A DNA stretch of 64,000 bases, taken from contig JACKHS010000012.1 in the NCBI GenBank assembly GCA_020638875.1, forward strand, positions 37,115 through 101,114. Direction: 5' to 3'. Shown here in pieces: positions 63,471 to 64,000 of the stretch; the first letter of the stretch is position 1; each line of letters starts with the position of its first letter. The notes under the pieces were generated by a model. It made no database searches. It was not told where the DNA came from and was given only the letters and a program-made list of their open reading frames with translations. Position numbers and translations under genes: made by a program. The stretch comes from Planctomycetota bacterium. Lineage in GTDB: Bacteria; Planctomycetota; UBA1135; GCA-002686595.

Positions 63471-64000
63471 TCACGGCGCCGGCTTCACGTCGGGACGCAC
63501 GGTCATGCCCTCGGGCCAGCGCGTGCGCTCGTCCCACGTGCGCGCCGCGCCGAGCTGCGGGCCGGTGACGTTGGGCAGCACGCGCACGTCCGCGCCGCGC
63601 AGGTCTGCGTCGGTGAGCAGCGTCATGTAGAAGTTGGCGCCGGCGCAGCGCGCGTCGACCAGCACGGCGCCGTCGAGCGAGCCCCAGGAGAGGTCGGCGC
63701 CCTCGAGCCGCGCGCCGCTCAGGTCGCAGCCGGCGAGGAAGGCGCGCTCGAGCCGCGCGCCGCCGAGGTCGGCCCCGCGCAGGCTCGCGCCGCGCAGCTT
63801 CGCGGTGCGCAGGTCCGCGCCGCGCAGGTCGACGCGCGCCAGGCTCGCGCCGCGCAGGTCCGCGCCTTCGAGATCCACACCGCGCAGGTCGAGGCCGTCG
63901 AGGCAGGCTCCGCGCAGGTCCGCGTTCGCCAGCGCGAGGGTCGCGGGGTCGGCGCCGCGCAGGTCACGGCCGGCGGGGACGGTCTCGACCGCGCCGGGCT
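63471..64000 (-). CDS. pentapeptide-repeat protein (5' end outside window)
   Basis: Consecutive A(D/N)LxG-type pentapeptides (DLRGASLARVDLRGADLRTAKLRGASLRGADLGG..). The frame stays open upstream of the tracked GTG (63878) to the window edge and continues the repeat (..ADLRGACLDGLDLRG). Confidence 0.8.
   Translation of the reverse strand, partial: PGAVETVPAGRDLRGADPATLALANADLRGACLDGLDLRGVDLEGADLRGASLARVDLRGADLRTAKLRGASLRGADLGGARLERAFLAGCDLSGARLEGADLSWGSLDGAVLVDARCAGANFYMTLLTDADLRGADVRVLPNVTGPQLGAARTWDERTRWPEGMTVRPDVKPAP

Overview
Very GC-rich bacterial chromosomal window. I found no rRNA, CRISPR array, transposase or integrase. About 48 protein genes and one tRNA-Val(CAC) can be supported. 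Most long ORFs in the six-frame track are antisense artefacts of the GC bias (Arg/Ala/Gly/Pro-rich translations) and are rejected.

Housekeeping genes: ligA, cdd, groES-groEL, recN, rluB, manA, an ADP-forming acyl-CoA synthetase, an M19 dipeptidase and a PA0069-type radical SAM protein.

Accessory blocks of interest:
1. 11.9-16.4 kb: a 2-oxoacid:ferredoxin oxidoreductase operon. Its first gene fuses the gamma subunit, a GltD-like NAD(P)H flavoprotein and the delta ferredoxin. A translationally coupled 70-aa Cys-rich ORF follows.
2. 25.5-33.5 kb: a tandem pair of ~1245-aa secreted S8 subtilases with many Ig-like repeats. A near-identical internal tract suggests gene conversion.
3. 33.9-37.1 kb: an ECF sigma factor fused in one ORF to a transmembrane helix and an ~830-aa repeat ectodomain. 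It lies downstream of an active/inactive M16 peptidase pair, and its 3' flank carries a C6/G6-tract 9-nt tandem repeat.
4. 44.2-55.1 kb: a respiratory gene cluster with 16 CXXCH haem sites in three cytochromes, two FeS plus NrfD quinone modules, and a Tat-exported MopB subunit whose fourth FS0 cysteine is replaced.

Three ECF sigma architectures occur in the window: classical, ECF41-type and membrane-fused. Four to five proteins share a single-pass carboxypeptidase-regulatory-like repeat design.

All family assignments come from motif recognition by eye. No database search was run.
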